From a virus: 64,000 nt of DNA. Shown in pieces: positions 9,021 to 17,357 of this stretch. Under the pieces are notes generated by a model. That model ran no database searches. It was not told the DNA's origin and worked only from the letters and a program-made list of their open reading frames with translations. The stretch is from positions 1 through 64,000 of IMG/VR virus record IMGVR_UViG_3300017917_003732. One strand, 5' to 3'. Positions within the stretch are counted from its first letter, which is position 1, and each line of letters opens with the position of its first letter. The position numbers and the translations under genes were made by a program.

Positions 9021-9116
9021 GAAAGGCTGAAAAACTAAAGGACTTTTGAGGGTCCAGGATTCTTCGGAGGTGCAGGGCTGGGTTTACACTGATTCGCACT
9101 CGGGCTCTGGGACCCC

Positions 9117-9374
9117 TTAGAACCGAAATCTCTTCATCATCTCACGAAGTTGGTTGGTTGCAGCACGAGCGTCGCCGATCTTGTCCAGGGCCTTCATGCA
9201 CTGACGGTAAAGGGGCTGTAGGTCCGCCGGGATCGCTTCCATCTTGTCAAGGCCGAACTTGAACGAGTGTAGAGCCAAGTAGGCTTTGACAACTGCCTCA
9301 TCTGCCTCAGCGGGCTTACCTACTACCTGACTAAAATCCATCGCCGTCTTAGTGCGTTCATAGTCGTAACTCAT
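9117..9374 (-). CDS. hypothetical protein
   Basis: Helical ORF starting MSYDYERTKTAM with GAGG SD. Confidence 0.7.
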   Translation of the reverse strand: MSYDYERTKTAMDFSQVVGKPAEADEAVVKAYLALHSFKFGLDKMEAIPADLQPLYRQCMKALDKIGDARAATNQLREMMKRFRF

Positions 9375-9376
9375 TT

Positions 9377-10132
9377 TCACACCTCAGCGTATACGATACA
9401 ATCTTGACTCCAAACCAAGCCCTCACACAGGACAGCACCCTCTTGAGTGATAACACAGACCCCACCCTCACCGAAGTCATTGGGACCCTCTTGCCCGTAA
9501 CGGTTCGAGACGATGAGTCCAGTCCGGTTCTCGGACACAAAGTCCATCCAAGAGACTGCTGGGAACCCTCCGTCGCCCCAATTTGTGGATAAACACACTA
9601 TATCTGCATCACCGGGGGAATAAAATTCTCGCCATTTGTCATCACGCTTATCCCGGACATCACGACAAATAAGCATGCCAATACGAGGACCAAACTGACT
9701 GTGAATCACTGGTGGGTTGGAAATCCCAGGCTTACACCAGAGAAAATCCGAACCCCATCGATTGACTTTCGCATAAGACGCATAAAACCCACTAGGTTCT
9801 ATATATAACTGGGAATTATGAAGTTGCTTCGTGCCCAAATCGATTTCTACGTAACCAAATACTATGGCAATTTCGAGCTTTTGGCAAAGAGAGTAGAAAA
9901 CTGCCATCGAGGAACTTGGATGCTTTCTGGGGTCCTCGAGCCAGGTGTAGCTCTCAGCAAGTAGGGACGCCTCCCGAGAGGACATGAAGCTATATCCTGT
10001 AGTGCATAGCTCGGGCAACACTACAAGTTTAGCCCCGTTTTGTGCCGCCTCCATAACCAGCCGAGCTAGCCTCTGAAGATTCCCTAATTTATCCTTGAAA
10101 GTTGGACAAAACTGAACGGTTGCAACTCGCAT
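9377..10132 (-). CDS. nitrilase-superfamily carbon-nitrogen hydrolase (Nta1/N-terminal amidase-like)
   Basis: MRVATVQF, LVVLPELCTTGY (Glu), YAK (Lys), IGMLICRD (Cys) triad; ADIVCLSTNW. Confidence 0.9.
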   Translation of the reverse strand: MRVATVQFCPTFKDKLGNLQRLARLVMEAAQNGAKLVVLPELCTTGYSFMSSREASLLAESYTWLEDPRKHPSSSMAVFYSLCQKLEIAIVFGYVEIDLGTKQLHNSQLYIEPSGFYASYAKVNRWGSDFLWCKPGISNPPVIHSQFGPRIGMLICRDVRDKRDDKWREFYSPGDADIVCLSTNWGDGGFPAVSWMDFVSENRTGLIVSNRYGQEGPNDFGEGGVCVITQEGAVLCEGLVWSQDCIVYAEV

Positions 10133-10177
10133 ATGAGTACTCCCACAGGTGAAAGTTCAGAGGCTTACTCTGTGAGA

Positions 10178-11935
10178 TCACCGAAATGTGGACTTGAGTT
10201 TCGCCATGAGACGACTATGCAACTTCTCCCACATGGAATCTTGAACTTCCTTTATCCGTGCCTTACGTACAAGTTGCGTCTTTATATTGCTCATACGTCC
10301 TGGGCTAAGAGAGTTCAGGTGCCCGGACTCCCATTGGGTGAGGATATCCGAACAGAAGCTGTTTTCGAACTCATTCAAAGCCGAGTAGAGCTTGTAGACA
10401 CGCTCCACATCAAATTCAAGCTGCTCACTCATGGCCTCAAAGACGCGTTGATTTCCAGTTCTCTTGACTAGCTCCGCAAGGTCCTTCACTTTTTTCTGAA
10501 CGATTTCTAGAACCTTTGGGTCTTTGGCCTCAACCCTCTTAGCAAAATCCGTGATGGCATCATCACCCATTATATCTACATCGAGGACCCCATCATCTCC
10601 AGCTGTAAGGAGCGCAACCTTGATTCCAGCCAAGTCCTTGATTGAACCACCTACGTTATAGGTTTTCTCTAAAGAAGCGGATACCAAGTCGATAACGTTC
10701 CGGCCACGATTTATGGCACGAACGAACTCTATCGTCTTCCAGGCATTGCGCTCCACAACACTGTCAGAGCTTGCAAGGTTGGGATAGAAACTCAAGGACA
10801 GAATTTTCGCAACTGCCCCCGATTGCCGTTGAATCTTGTCAATAAATTCTGGGTCCTCTACGGTCTCTCGCACCTGACGCAACTGATCATCGAAGGTTTT
10901 TCGGACCCCTTCAAGCCCCTGATCAATCATGAAGTTCAGGTGTTCATACTGAGTCGTAGCATCCAGCTCATAACGATAGTCACTTAAGACCATGGCCTTA
11001 CCCTGGTCACACTTCTTCGCTACTTTTTCGATCAGCTGTACCTTGCCCTGTGCAATAGAATCCCAGCCACGGGAAATAACATCGTTTGGCAGACCGGCGT
11101 CGAACAAACGGCTAATTCCCGATAGTAGAGTTTCGAGAGCTGCAAGCTTAACTTCCGGCTTTCGCTTCGCCATTACTACTGTGGTCAACGCACTAAGTCC
11201 ATATCCATCAAACTTTTGTGCCTTACGGGTCTTTTCCATAAAGCTTTGGACTGGCTTAATGAATTTTAACACGGATTCCGCAGCAGAAATCGCCGGGTCC
11301 TTCAAGCTCAAGTGGTTCCCCACAACGACGATACTGTTTACAGACTCGGCATACTCCCTAAGGTCAAAGTCTTTTGCCCCTTTAGTAATGAGTCCAAGCC
11401 TCCGCCGAATTTGATGCTCGACGTCATAAACCTTGGTCCCCGCTACTAGCTCCTCTTCCGAGGCTTCCCCCTTCTCCTTTTTTTTCAGCAAGTTGAGTTG
11501 AGAGGTCAAAAGCTTCTTGAGCGCCTCAGGGGCCTCGTACCCGCTGATCACCAAGTAATTATGAATACACTCGCATCCGACGATTAGGCGGTTTCCAGCT
11601 ACGCGATTTTTTATTGGGAAACAGAATTTGATCGGGTTTTTCCCGCAGAGCTGACAGACCTCGCGAGAAATATAGGGAAGCCCATCCCTATCCCATTCCT
11701 TGATCGCTTCATCTATGTCTTGAGACGACGAATTCTGTAGCAAAGTTTCACGAATTTTTGGCCAATACGGACCGCTTCGAGGGTTCTTTTCTCGCTTTAG
11801 GGCTTCTTCAATGTCTTCGAGTCCTTCTTCAATTTCACTCACCTCATCCATCGAGGGACTGATTTTGATGTCGTCGGAGAGAGAAGCTGTCAGGTGCCCG
11901 AATCGTTTACCGCAAGCCGCAAGCAACAAAAACAT
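10178..11935 (-). CDS. large hypothetical protein with Zn-ribbon-like CQLCG...VGCECI domain
   Basis: 585-aa ORF; N-terminal Cys cluster followed by a long helical region. Confidence 0.8.
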   Translation of the reverse strand: MFLLLAACGKRFGHLTASLSDDIKISPSMDEVSEIEEGLEDIEEALKREKNPRSGPYWPKIRETLLQNSSSQDIDEAIKEWDRDGLPYISREVCQLCGKNPIKFCFPIKNRVAGNRLIVGCECIHNYLVISGYEAPEALKKLLTSQLNLLKKKEKGEASEEELVAGTKVYDVEHQIRRRLGLITKGAKDFDLREYAESVNSIVVVGNHLSLKDPAISAAESVLKFIKPVQSFMEKTRKAQKFDGYGLSALTTVVMAKRKPEVKLAALETLLSGISRLFDAGLPNDVISRGWDSIAQGKVQLIEKVAKKCDQGKAMVLSDYRYELDATTQYEHLNFMIDQGLEGVRKTFDDQLRQVRETVEDPEFIDKIQRQSGAVAKILSLSFYPNLASSDSVVERNAWKTIEFVRAINRGRNVIDLVSASLEKTYNVGGSIKDLAGIKVALLTAGDDGVLDVDIMGDDAITDFAKRVEAKDPKVLEIVQKKVKDLAELVKRTGNQRVFEAMSEQLEFDVERVYKLYSALNEFENSFCSDILTQWESGHLNSLSPGRMSNIKTQLVRKARIKEVQDSMWEKLHSRLMAKLKSTFR

Positions 11936-12025
11936 GGGGAAGTCTCCCTTGGCGCCATAGTCGTCTCCCTGCGAGGGAGCTATTCACCAAGGTAAGATGA
12001 TAGAAACCTTCTCAAGGTTACATTA

Positions 12026-12370
12026 CTACTCGAACTGGGACTTCCAATGAGGGTCCCCAGGACCTCGGTAGATTTGATGCTCTTTGGAGGCGGTTAAAAG
12101 AGTACTAACAGGAACTTTGCCGATACGACCCTTTAGCTTGGCTGACCCATCGGGGAAAATGACAGCCCTTCCAGACAAAGACAACTCGACCAAAATCTTG
12201 GAGGGGTCTTCGAGTATGCGAAACCTCTGAAATTCAAACGCACCTACCGTTACCCGGTCCAAACACTCGATTTTTTTGAATGTACAACCAACAGAAAAAG
12301 CAGCCCTAACTACCTCTCCGGTCACTTTTCGCGAAGTATCGCCAAAGGTTTCAACTGCAAAGTACTTCAT
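12026..12370 (-). CDS. hypothetical protein
   Basis: 114-aa ORF with ATGA overlap to DHFR. Confidence 0.65.
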   Translation of the reverse strand: MKYFAVETFGDTSRKVTGEVVRAAFSVGCTFKKIECLDRVTVGAFEFQRFRILEDPSKILVELSLSGRAVIFPDGSAKLKGRIGKVPVSTLLTASKEHQIYRGPGDPHWKSQFE

Positions 12371-12912
12371 AGGCGCTGATACTTACAGTGAGTCAGGGTA
12401 GAGTCTACCGGGTTCGTCACACTCTCGACAATCTCAAACATCCCATCAAAATTATAGGTGAACGACCTGAAGTGCAGTACATTCTTCTGCCCGGTGGGGG
12501 TTACCCAATCTTTCACAAGTGTGAGATCGATTTCGCCTACAAGAGGCACAGCGAGTTCATAAACTTCGGCCCCTCCAATGACCCACACGTCCTTCCCGGA
12601 CCAGGTTAACCCCTCCCCCGACCCGTTCACCCAAGTACTGTCGTTTGCTATCTCAATAGCCTGCTCCAACGAGTTGGCAGTCTTCACGTCAGGTTGTGTG
12701 GTCCGGCTAAGAACTACGGTTCTCCTTCCAGGGAGAAATCTTCTCCCCATCGACTCCCATGTCTTTCTCCCCATGATTAGGGTACCGCCCATCGTTGTCT
12801 TTTTGAATCGTTTCATGTCCTCAGACTTACGCCATGGGATTTGACCACTTACCGCTATCACACCCTCAGGATTGACAGCAACAATCAGTTTAGGTGAAGA
12901 ATTACTCAGCAT
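12367..12912 (-). CDS. folA: dihydrofolate reductase
   Basis: IPWRKSEDMKRFKKTT, IMGRKTWES, LPGRRTVVLSR, WVIGGAEVY. Confidence 0.96.
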   Translation of the reverse strand: MLSNSSPKLIVAVNPEGVIAVSGQIPWRKSEDMKRFKKTTMGGTLIMGRKTWESMGRRFLPGRRTVVLSRTTQPDVKTANSLEQAIEIANDSTWVNGSGEGLTWSGKDVWVIGGAEVYELAVPLVGEIDLTLVKDWVTPTGQKNVLHFRSFTYNFDGMFEIVESVTNPVDSTLTHCKYQRL

Positions 12913-12932
12913 CTAATAGGCTCCTTAGGAAG

Positions 12933-14120
12933 TTATACCGCCACTTTGAACGGAATGTTTGGGTGCGGATCATAACCCTGAAGAATAAAGTGGCTCATAA
13001 CTTCATCGGTCGTAACTTTGGGGTCCATCAAAGCCTCTATATCCTTTAGGTCTTTGATGGCTGGATCAATGATTAGCTCGGGGAGCTTTCGGGTCTCCCG
13101 TTGGACCTGTTGCCGAAGACCAGGGACATGATCAAACTCATTCTTAGTCCCATCGGGTTTGGCTGTGTAAATGTGCGCATCAATAAGAGTGTGTCCGAAT
13201 AGCCCAACTTCGATCCCACTCATGTGAGCAAAGAGGTGGAGTAAAAAGGAGTACCCGGCTAGGTTATAGGGTACCCCAAGGGCGACGTCCGCACTCCTTT
13301 GAGTCAAGTGGAGACAGAGCTTTTTGACGGCTTTTTTGGGCATATCCCCACGAATCTTGCGGAATTCCTCCTCCAAGTACTTAATGGGTCTCCTAACCTC
13401 CAAGGCTTCGACGGTTGACCCATCAGGCATCTCCTCTGGCTGGGGTCCGTATTTCATTAGAGCCTTCTCATAGGCTTCAGTCTCAGATTTAGCCCAGACC
13501 ACCCCGAGGCGCTCCGTTCCGCAATGGCAGGAAGCCACTGCCTCCCAGGGATCCTTTCCGTAGTCAGACTCTTCCACCTGAACGTTGAAGACGAACATAC
13601 AGTGACAGGGCGGGAGCTTCGAGTTCTGTGCATTCCCAGGCGCCCAAGCAGAGACTACCAGTCGTCGGCTCATAGGGTTTTGACGAAGCTCCTCCAAAAC
13701 CCAACGAATCTGGTCATTAAACACGCCTAGCTTCACCGGAATTAACTTCTCGTCACCTCCGTACACCCCAGTCAATTCATCTCTAAGATGTGCTAGATTC
13801 GTATCTGCATGGATCGGGAAGTGCCTCCAGAAGTTTCCGTAAGCGCTTGGGACTTTTCCGTTTTCATCCGCCCAGGGGTCCCAAAATCTACAATTATGCC
13901 GCCTGAGAATGGAAATATCTGTTTGCCCCGACAAAAACCACAGGGTTTCAATAACAATGTTTTTCCACGAAATAGCCTTCGTGGTGAGGAGTGGGAAACC
14001 CTCTCTTAGGTCGTGCTCGTAATAATAGCCAAAAGTGGAGAGGGTATCAACCCCAGTCCTATTCTCTTTTCGCGTTCCCGTCTCAAGTACGTGCCTTACC
14101 AATTCAAGATACTGTATCAT
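12933..14120 (-). CDS. thyA: thymidylate synthase ThyA with insertions
   Basis: RTGVDT, FPLLTTK, SRRLVVSAW, LPPCH, QRSADVALGVPYN (dUMP-specifying Asn retained), DAHIY. Confidence 0.96.
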   Translation of the reverse strand: MIQYLELVRHVLETGTRKENRTGVDTLSTFGYYYEHDLREGFPLLTTKAISWKNIVIETLWFLSGQTDISILRRHNCRFWDPWADENGKVPSAYGNFWRHFPIHADTNLAHLRDELTGVYGGDEKLIPVKLGVFNDQIRWVLEELRQNPMSRRLVVSAWAPGNAQNSKLPPCHCMFVFNVQVEESDYGKDPWEAVASCHCGTERLGVVWAKSETEAYEKALMKYGPQPEEMPDGSTVEALEVRRPIKYLEEEFRKIRGDMPKKAVKKLCLHLTQRSADVALGVPYNLAGYSFLLHLFAHMSGIEVGLFGHTLIDAHIYTAKPDGTKNEFDHVPGLRQQVQRETRKLPELIIDPAIKDLKDIEALMDPKVTTDEVMSHFILQGYDPHPNIPFKVAV

Positions 14121-14199
14121 ACAGGGCCCTCTCGATTAAAACGGGTGGGAATCTCGGTTTGATTTACGGAGAATACCCCCGGAAAGTTATCAATTGACA

Positions 14200-14745
14200 T
14201 TAGGAGACCCTCTCCAGAACTTGATCCCAAGAAAAGACCCTAAGATGGTCGAGCCCAAGGGTTCTGGTATTAGGGGTGTGCCAGAGCATCGAACACTTAT
14301 CTGGGTTCTCCGCAGCCCAGGAAGAGACATAATTCGGGTTATCGTCTAAGAAGTAATCACCTCGGACTAGGTACTTAGCCGATGTGTAGATGATCTGTCC
14401 TCGAGAAAAACCAAAGTCCCTTTTCAGACTATTGCTTCTTTCATATACCCATGAAGGACTAGGGTACGGATTGGTGACCGCAATTACTTCAGCGTGCCTT
14501 CTGATTTGATCAAGAGCTACTACTGCTTCGGGGAACGGTCGAAGAGCGGAGCAGAATCCAGGCGCATTCATGTACTCAAAGACTTGAGTCCTCTCCTCCT
14601 CACCGAGAACAGAAAAGAGATCCCAAACCTTGATTTCTTCGATTTGATGCCGACGCCCAGTCACTTTCGCCATTAAGGCTAAGACTGGATCATGTAGGTC
14701 ATACAAAACTTCGTCAACATCCACCAAAAAATAGGGCTTTAGCAT
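14200..14745 (-). CDS. 5'(3')-deoxyribonucleotidase (NT5C-type HAD)
   Basis: LVDVDEVLYD motif I, AVTNP, K...GDYFLDDNP. Confidence 0.88.
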   Translation of the reverse strand: MLKPYFLVDVDEVLYDLHDPVLALMAKVTGRRHQIEEIKVWDLFSVLGEEERTQVFEYMNAPGFCSALRPFPEAVVALDQIRRHAEVIAVTNPYPSPSWVYERSNSLKRDFGFSRGQIIYTSAKYLVRGDYFLDDNPNYVSSWAAENPDKCSMLWHTPNTRTLGLDHLRVFSWDQVLERVS

Positions 14746-14750
14746 GCCCT

Positions 14751-14760
14751 ATAGTACACC
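14751..14760 (-). promoter_or_regulatory. GGTG-TAnnnT promoter-like element (GGTGTACTAT)
   Basis: 5 nt upstream of ATG 14745. Confidence 0.6.
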
Positions 14761-14779
14761 GAGCTGATCCTAAACGGTC

Positions 14780-15025
14780 CTACACAGTCTTTTTTGTATA
14801 ACCTTGAAGATACCCCTTTTCCTTCAATTCACCTGAGGTCATTCGCCTAATAACGCCCTCATCCACAAGTCGCTCTAAGGCGTTTTCAGCCTCAACCAAA
14901 GAACAATGCAGGTGGAGAGCAACGGGACCGACCAAAACCGCCTTTGGCTCAAGGAAGAAGGTGCGGACTAGGTCCTCTCTCTTCTGCTCCCACGAGGGTT
15001 TCTTCTTGGGGTTGCGCCAGTCCAT
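14780..15025 (-). CDS. small winged-helix-like protein
   Basis: ATG 15025 with GGAG SD; VALHLHCSLVEAENALERLVDEGVI resembles an HTH. Confidence 0.55.
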   Translation of the reverse strand: MDWRNPKKKPSWEQKREDLVRTFFLEPKAVLVGPVALHLHCSLVEAENALERLVDEGVIRRMTSGELKEKGYLQGYTKKTV

Positions 15026-15305
15026 GTGCCTGCTCCATGAAAGAGGTATAACCAAGAGACATGAGCTCGGGAGAGGATCCTCCCAATAGCGCCGAGGTAA
15101 TCTCCGGGTCTGGAGTTATGGCCTCCAAGCCATCCAACTGATGTACCTCCAAAATCTCAACATTTTCGGTCCTTAAAAATCCCAAGAACTCTTCAAGGTT
15201 GGGTACCGTAGCATTAAACACATCAATGCCCGCACCCAGTACCACAAAACACGACGGGATAAGTACCTCTTCAGAGGACCGAACCTTGAAAGAATAATAG
15301 GGCAT
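14949..15305 (-). CDS. hypothetical protein
   Basis: ATG 15305 overlaps the upstream TGA (TGATG). Confidence 0.6.
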   Translation of the reverse strand: MPYYSFKVRSSEEVLIPSCFVVLGAGIDVFNATVPNLEEFLGFLRTENVEILEVHQLDGLEAITPDPEITSALLGGSSPELMSLGYTSFMEQAHGLAQPQEETLVGAEERGPSPHLLP

Positions 15306-15895
15306 CAGTAGACCGGCGGTGAAATTGGGATATCCCAAAGCTGTTGCTGCTGTAGCATCTGTCTGACAGGCGACGCAATAAGTACTAGGTTAGTTTCAGA
15401 GTAAGTGTCCCACATGGTACCTAGCCAAGAATATCCTTCCTCATACGGCCTAGGGACACGTTCTAAAAATGACACCTGGTGTTGCCCCACTGTTGGATCA
15501 TTAGGTGAAATTATACTACCCAACGATCCATATGCCTCTGAATACAAAGACGGGGCCGTTGCACCTTGGACTAGAACTTTGACTCCTGCTCCAAAGCCAT
15601 GAACTGCCTCATCACTGTCATGTTTGAATAAGCGTAAAGCGTAACTAACAGAGAGTCCAGAGTCTATGACCACGAGCTGTGCTAAGGTCCCAGACGATTC
15701 GACGTAAAAGCTTGGGATATTTCCAGTAATTGAGCTAGCATTCGCGGAGTACCCTACAACAGAAAGGGTCAACTGTTCCGAGAAGACAAATACACTGGAT
15801 ACAGAAGTGAATGACCCAGACACAGAAAAGGGCGAATCGGATACCAGAGTGTCGATTCCTGCCAAACTATTGACTGCGGTAATCGTAGGAGCCAT
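15305..15895 (-). CDS. hypothetical beta-rich (Ig-like?) protein
   Basis: 196-aa Ser/Val-rich ORF starting MAPTITAVN. Confidence 0.65.
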   Translation of the reverse strand: MAPTITAVNSLAGIDTLVSDSPFSVSGSFTSVSSVFVFSEQLTLSVVGYSANASSITGNIPSFYVESSGTLAQLVVIDSGLSVSYALRLFKHDSDEAVHGFGAGVKVLVQGATAPSLYSEAYGSLGSIISPNDPTVGQHQVSFLERVPRPYEEGYSWLGTMWDTYSETNLVLIASPVRQMLQQQQLWDIPISPPVY

Positions 15896-15918
15896 ACCCT
15901 AAGCACGCAATCAAAGGC

Positions 15919-17073
15919 TTAGATAACCTCCACACTTAGTCCTGACTCATCAATCCCCTGAACCGAAAAAACCTCAATTCTACTAAAGTCCACCCATAGT
16001 ACCGCGTCGGTCATAGCTTCAAAAAACCATCGATCGTGAACTTCTCGACTCCCAAACGCCGGTTCCTTACGCTGAAGCTCCAAAAACCCTGCTGGACCTC
16101 GCAAATAGAGGGCAATCTGCCTTGGCCCTTGTGTAGGCAAGACACGACACCCACAATGCTGGAGCTCGATTGCAGAATTTGGCTCCGCGACCCAAAGGCC
16201 TCCACTCCGATCACTAACCACCGTTTTCAAGGGAAGAGACTGGAGGCTTGCACTTGGAATGTTTCCGAGAAGCTGCCCCGCTATATCCCGAATCCACCCT
16301 GTCACAACAGAGGCCAAGGTTGCGGTCAAGAGATCATACTTCAGGTTCAGTGTGAGCTGATCCTGAATCGAATTTCTGACCCTACTCTTGGCCCCCACCT
16401 GAAGGGCAGTAAGTCCGGATTCCTCAGGGGGTTTACCCATCGCAAAAAAAGACAAGAAGTCTCCAGCGATTCCCGTAGCCTCTTGAAACAGAGTTGGTAA
16501 TAACCCCTGTATACCGGCAACAAGGTTCCTTCTACCTGCACGAGAAAGCGCTAAGATACGCCTATCTCCATCTTCTCGGAGTAATTCAGTTTGCGGGATT
16601 CGAGAAAGCATACGATCTCGAACAAGGCACTCCCGATGTGTCTCGTGTTGCCATTGAATGACGAAACCTTCAATCTCAGGACGAATCTTTGGTCCTAGTT
16701 GGACCATACTTCCACTTTCCCTTGGCACTGGGGCTGGTAGGTAGAAATCCTCCTCCGAAAGCTTGGCGATAGCCTTACCGGTCTGAGTAGAGATGAGAAG
16801 AATCCCATCACCGATCTGCTCATATTCGTCGGCAAGATACTGTGCTATTTCCGTAATTCCCTCGTCAAAGGGGAAGTGCTGCCTCAATACTGACGTCAGA
16901 CGATCCCGATCTACAGGAACTTGCATGAAGACAGCACGCACCTCTGGGGATCGCTGCACGACCAGACGAGCCAATCGAAGTATCGATGGGTTAGGATCAG
17001 CCTGAGAGAGAACTTCGACATTGACCTTACGAACGAGAGCGTTTGATTGGGCTCTGACAAGATCCGACGGCAT
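15919..17073 (-). CDS. hypothetical protein, C-terminal half possibly a degenerate HK97 capsid-like fold
   Basis: 384-aa ORF; fold resemblance is by eye only. Confidence 0.6.
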   Translation of the reverse strand: MPSDLVRAQSNALVRKVNVEVLSQADPNPSILRLARLVVQRSPEVRAVFMQVPVDRDRLTSVLRQHFPFDEGITEIAQYLADEYEQIGDGILLISTQTGKAIAKLSEEDFYLPAPVPRESGSMVQLGPKIRPEIEGFVIQWQHETHRECLVRDRMLSRIPQTELLREDGDRRILALSRAGRRNLVAGIQGLLPTLFQEATGIAGDFLSFFAMGKPPEESGLTALQVGAKSRVRNSIQDQLTLNLKYDLLTATLASVVTGWIRDIAGQLLGNIPSASLQSLPLKTVVSDRSGGLWVAEPNSAIELQHCGCRVLPTQGPRQIALYLRGPAGFLELQRKEPAFGSREVHDRWFFEAMTDAVLWVDFSRIEVFSVQGIDESGLSVEVI

Positions 17074-17076
17074 AAG

Positions 17077-17334
17077 TCAACCTTTTTTTGGAAAGTGCCG
17101 GAGAATTCGACTACAGGCTAGGCAGTAAACAATAGTATCACCCTTACGAATTAACCCTCTGTTCTTAGTCTCGACAGTCTGATTAACAGCGACCACTTTT
17201 TTTTGCTCATCCGGGTGCTCACACTGTTGCTGGGACTGCTCAACCAACTCCGACAAGTGAGCTACTTGCTCATTTCTTCCAGCTCTCCTAGCGGTCTCAA
17301 GGTCCCGAATTATCTGCCAATTTCGTGATCCCAT
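17077..17334 (-). CDS. small Zn-binding protein (CEH...CLAC)
   Basis: 85-aa ORF directly downstream of the AAA gene. Confidence 0.65.
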   Translation of the reverse strand: MGSRNWQIIRDLETARRAGRNEQVAHLSELVEQSQQQCEHPDEQKKVVAVNQTVETKNRGLIRKGDTIVYCLACSRILRHFPKKG

Positions 17335-17357
17335 ATCCAGACCCTTCGAAAAGTAAC

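Noticed and set aside
13320-13580. Group I intron or intein in thyA
   Set aside because: The frame is open and protein-like, with no Cys/Ser start plus His-Asn end and no intron core recognised.
12933-14120. dCMP hydroxymethylase or other base-modifying ThyA homolog
   Set aside because: The substrate-specifying Asn (VPYN) and the adjacent DHFR fit ordinary dTMP synthesis.
14182-14193. 12-mer GAAAGTTATCAA also present as its reverse complement at 52371-52382, both intergenic
   Set aside because: Only two copies, in opposite orientation relative to their genes; compatible with chance.
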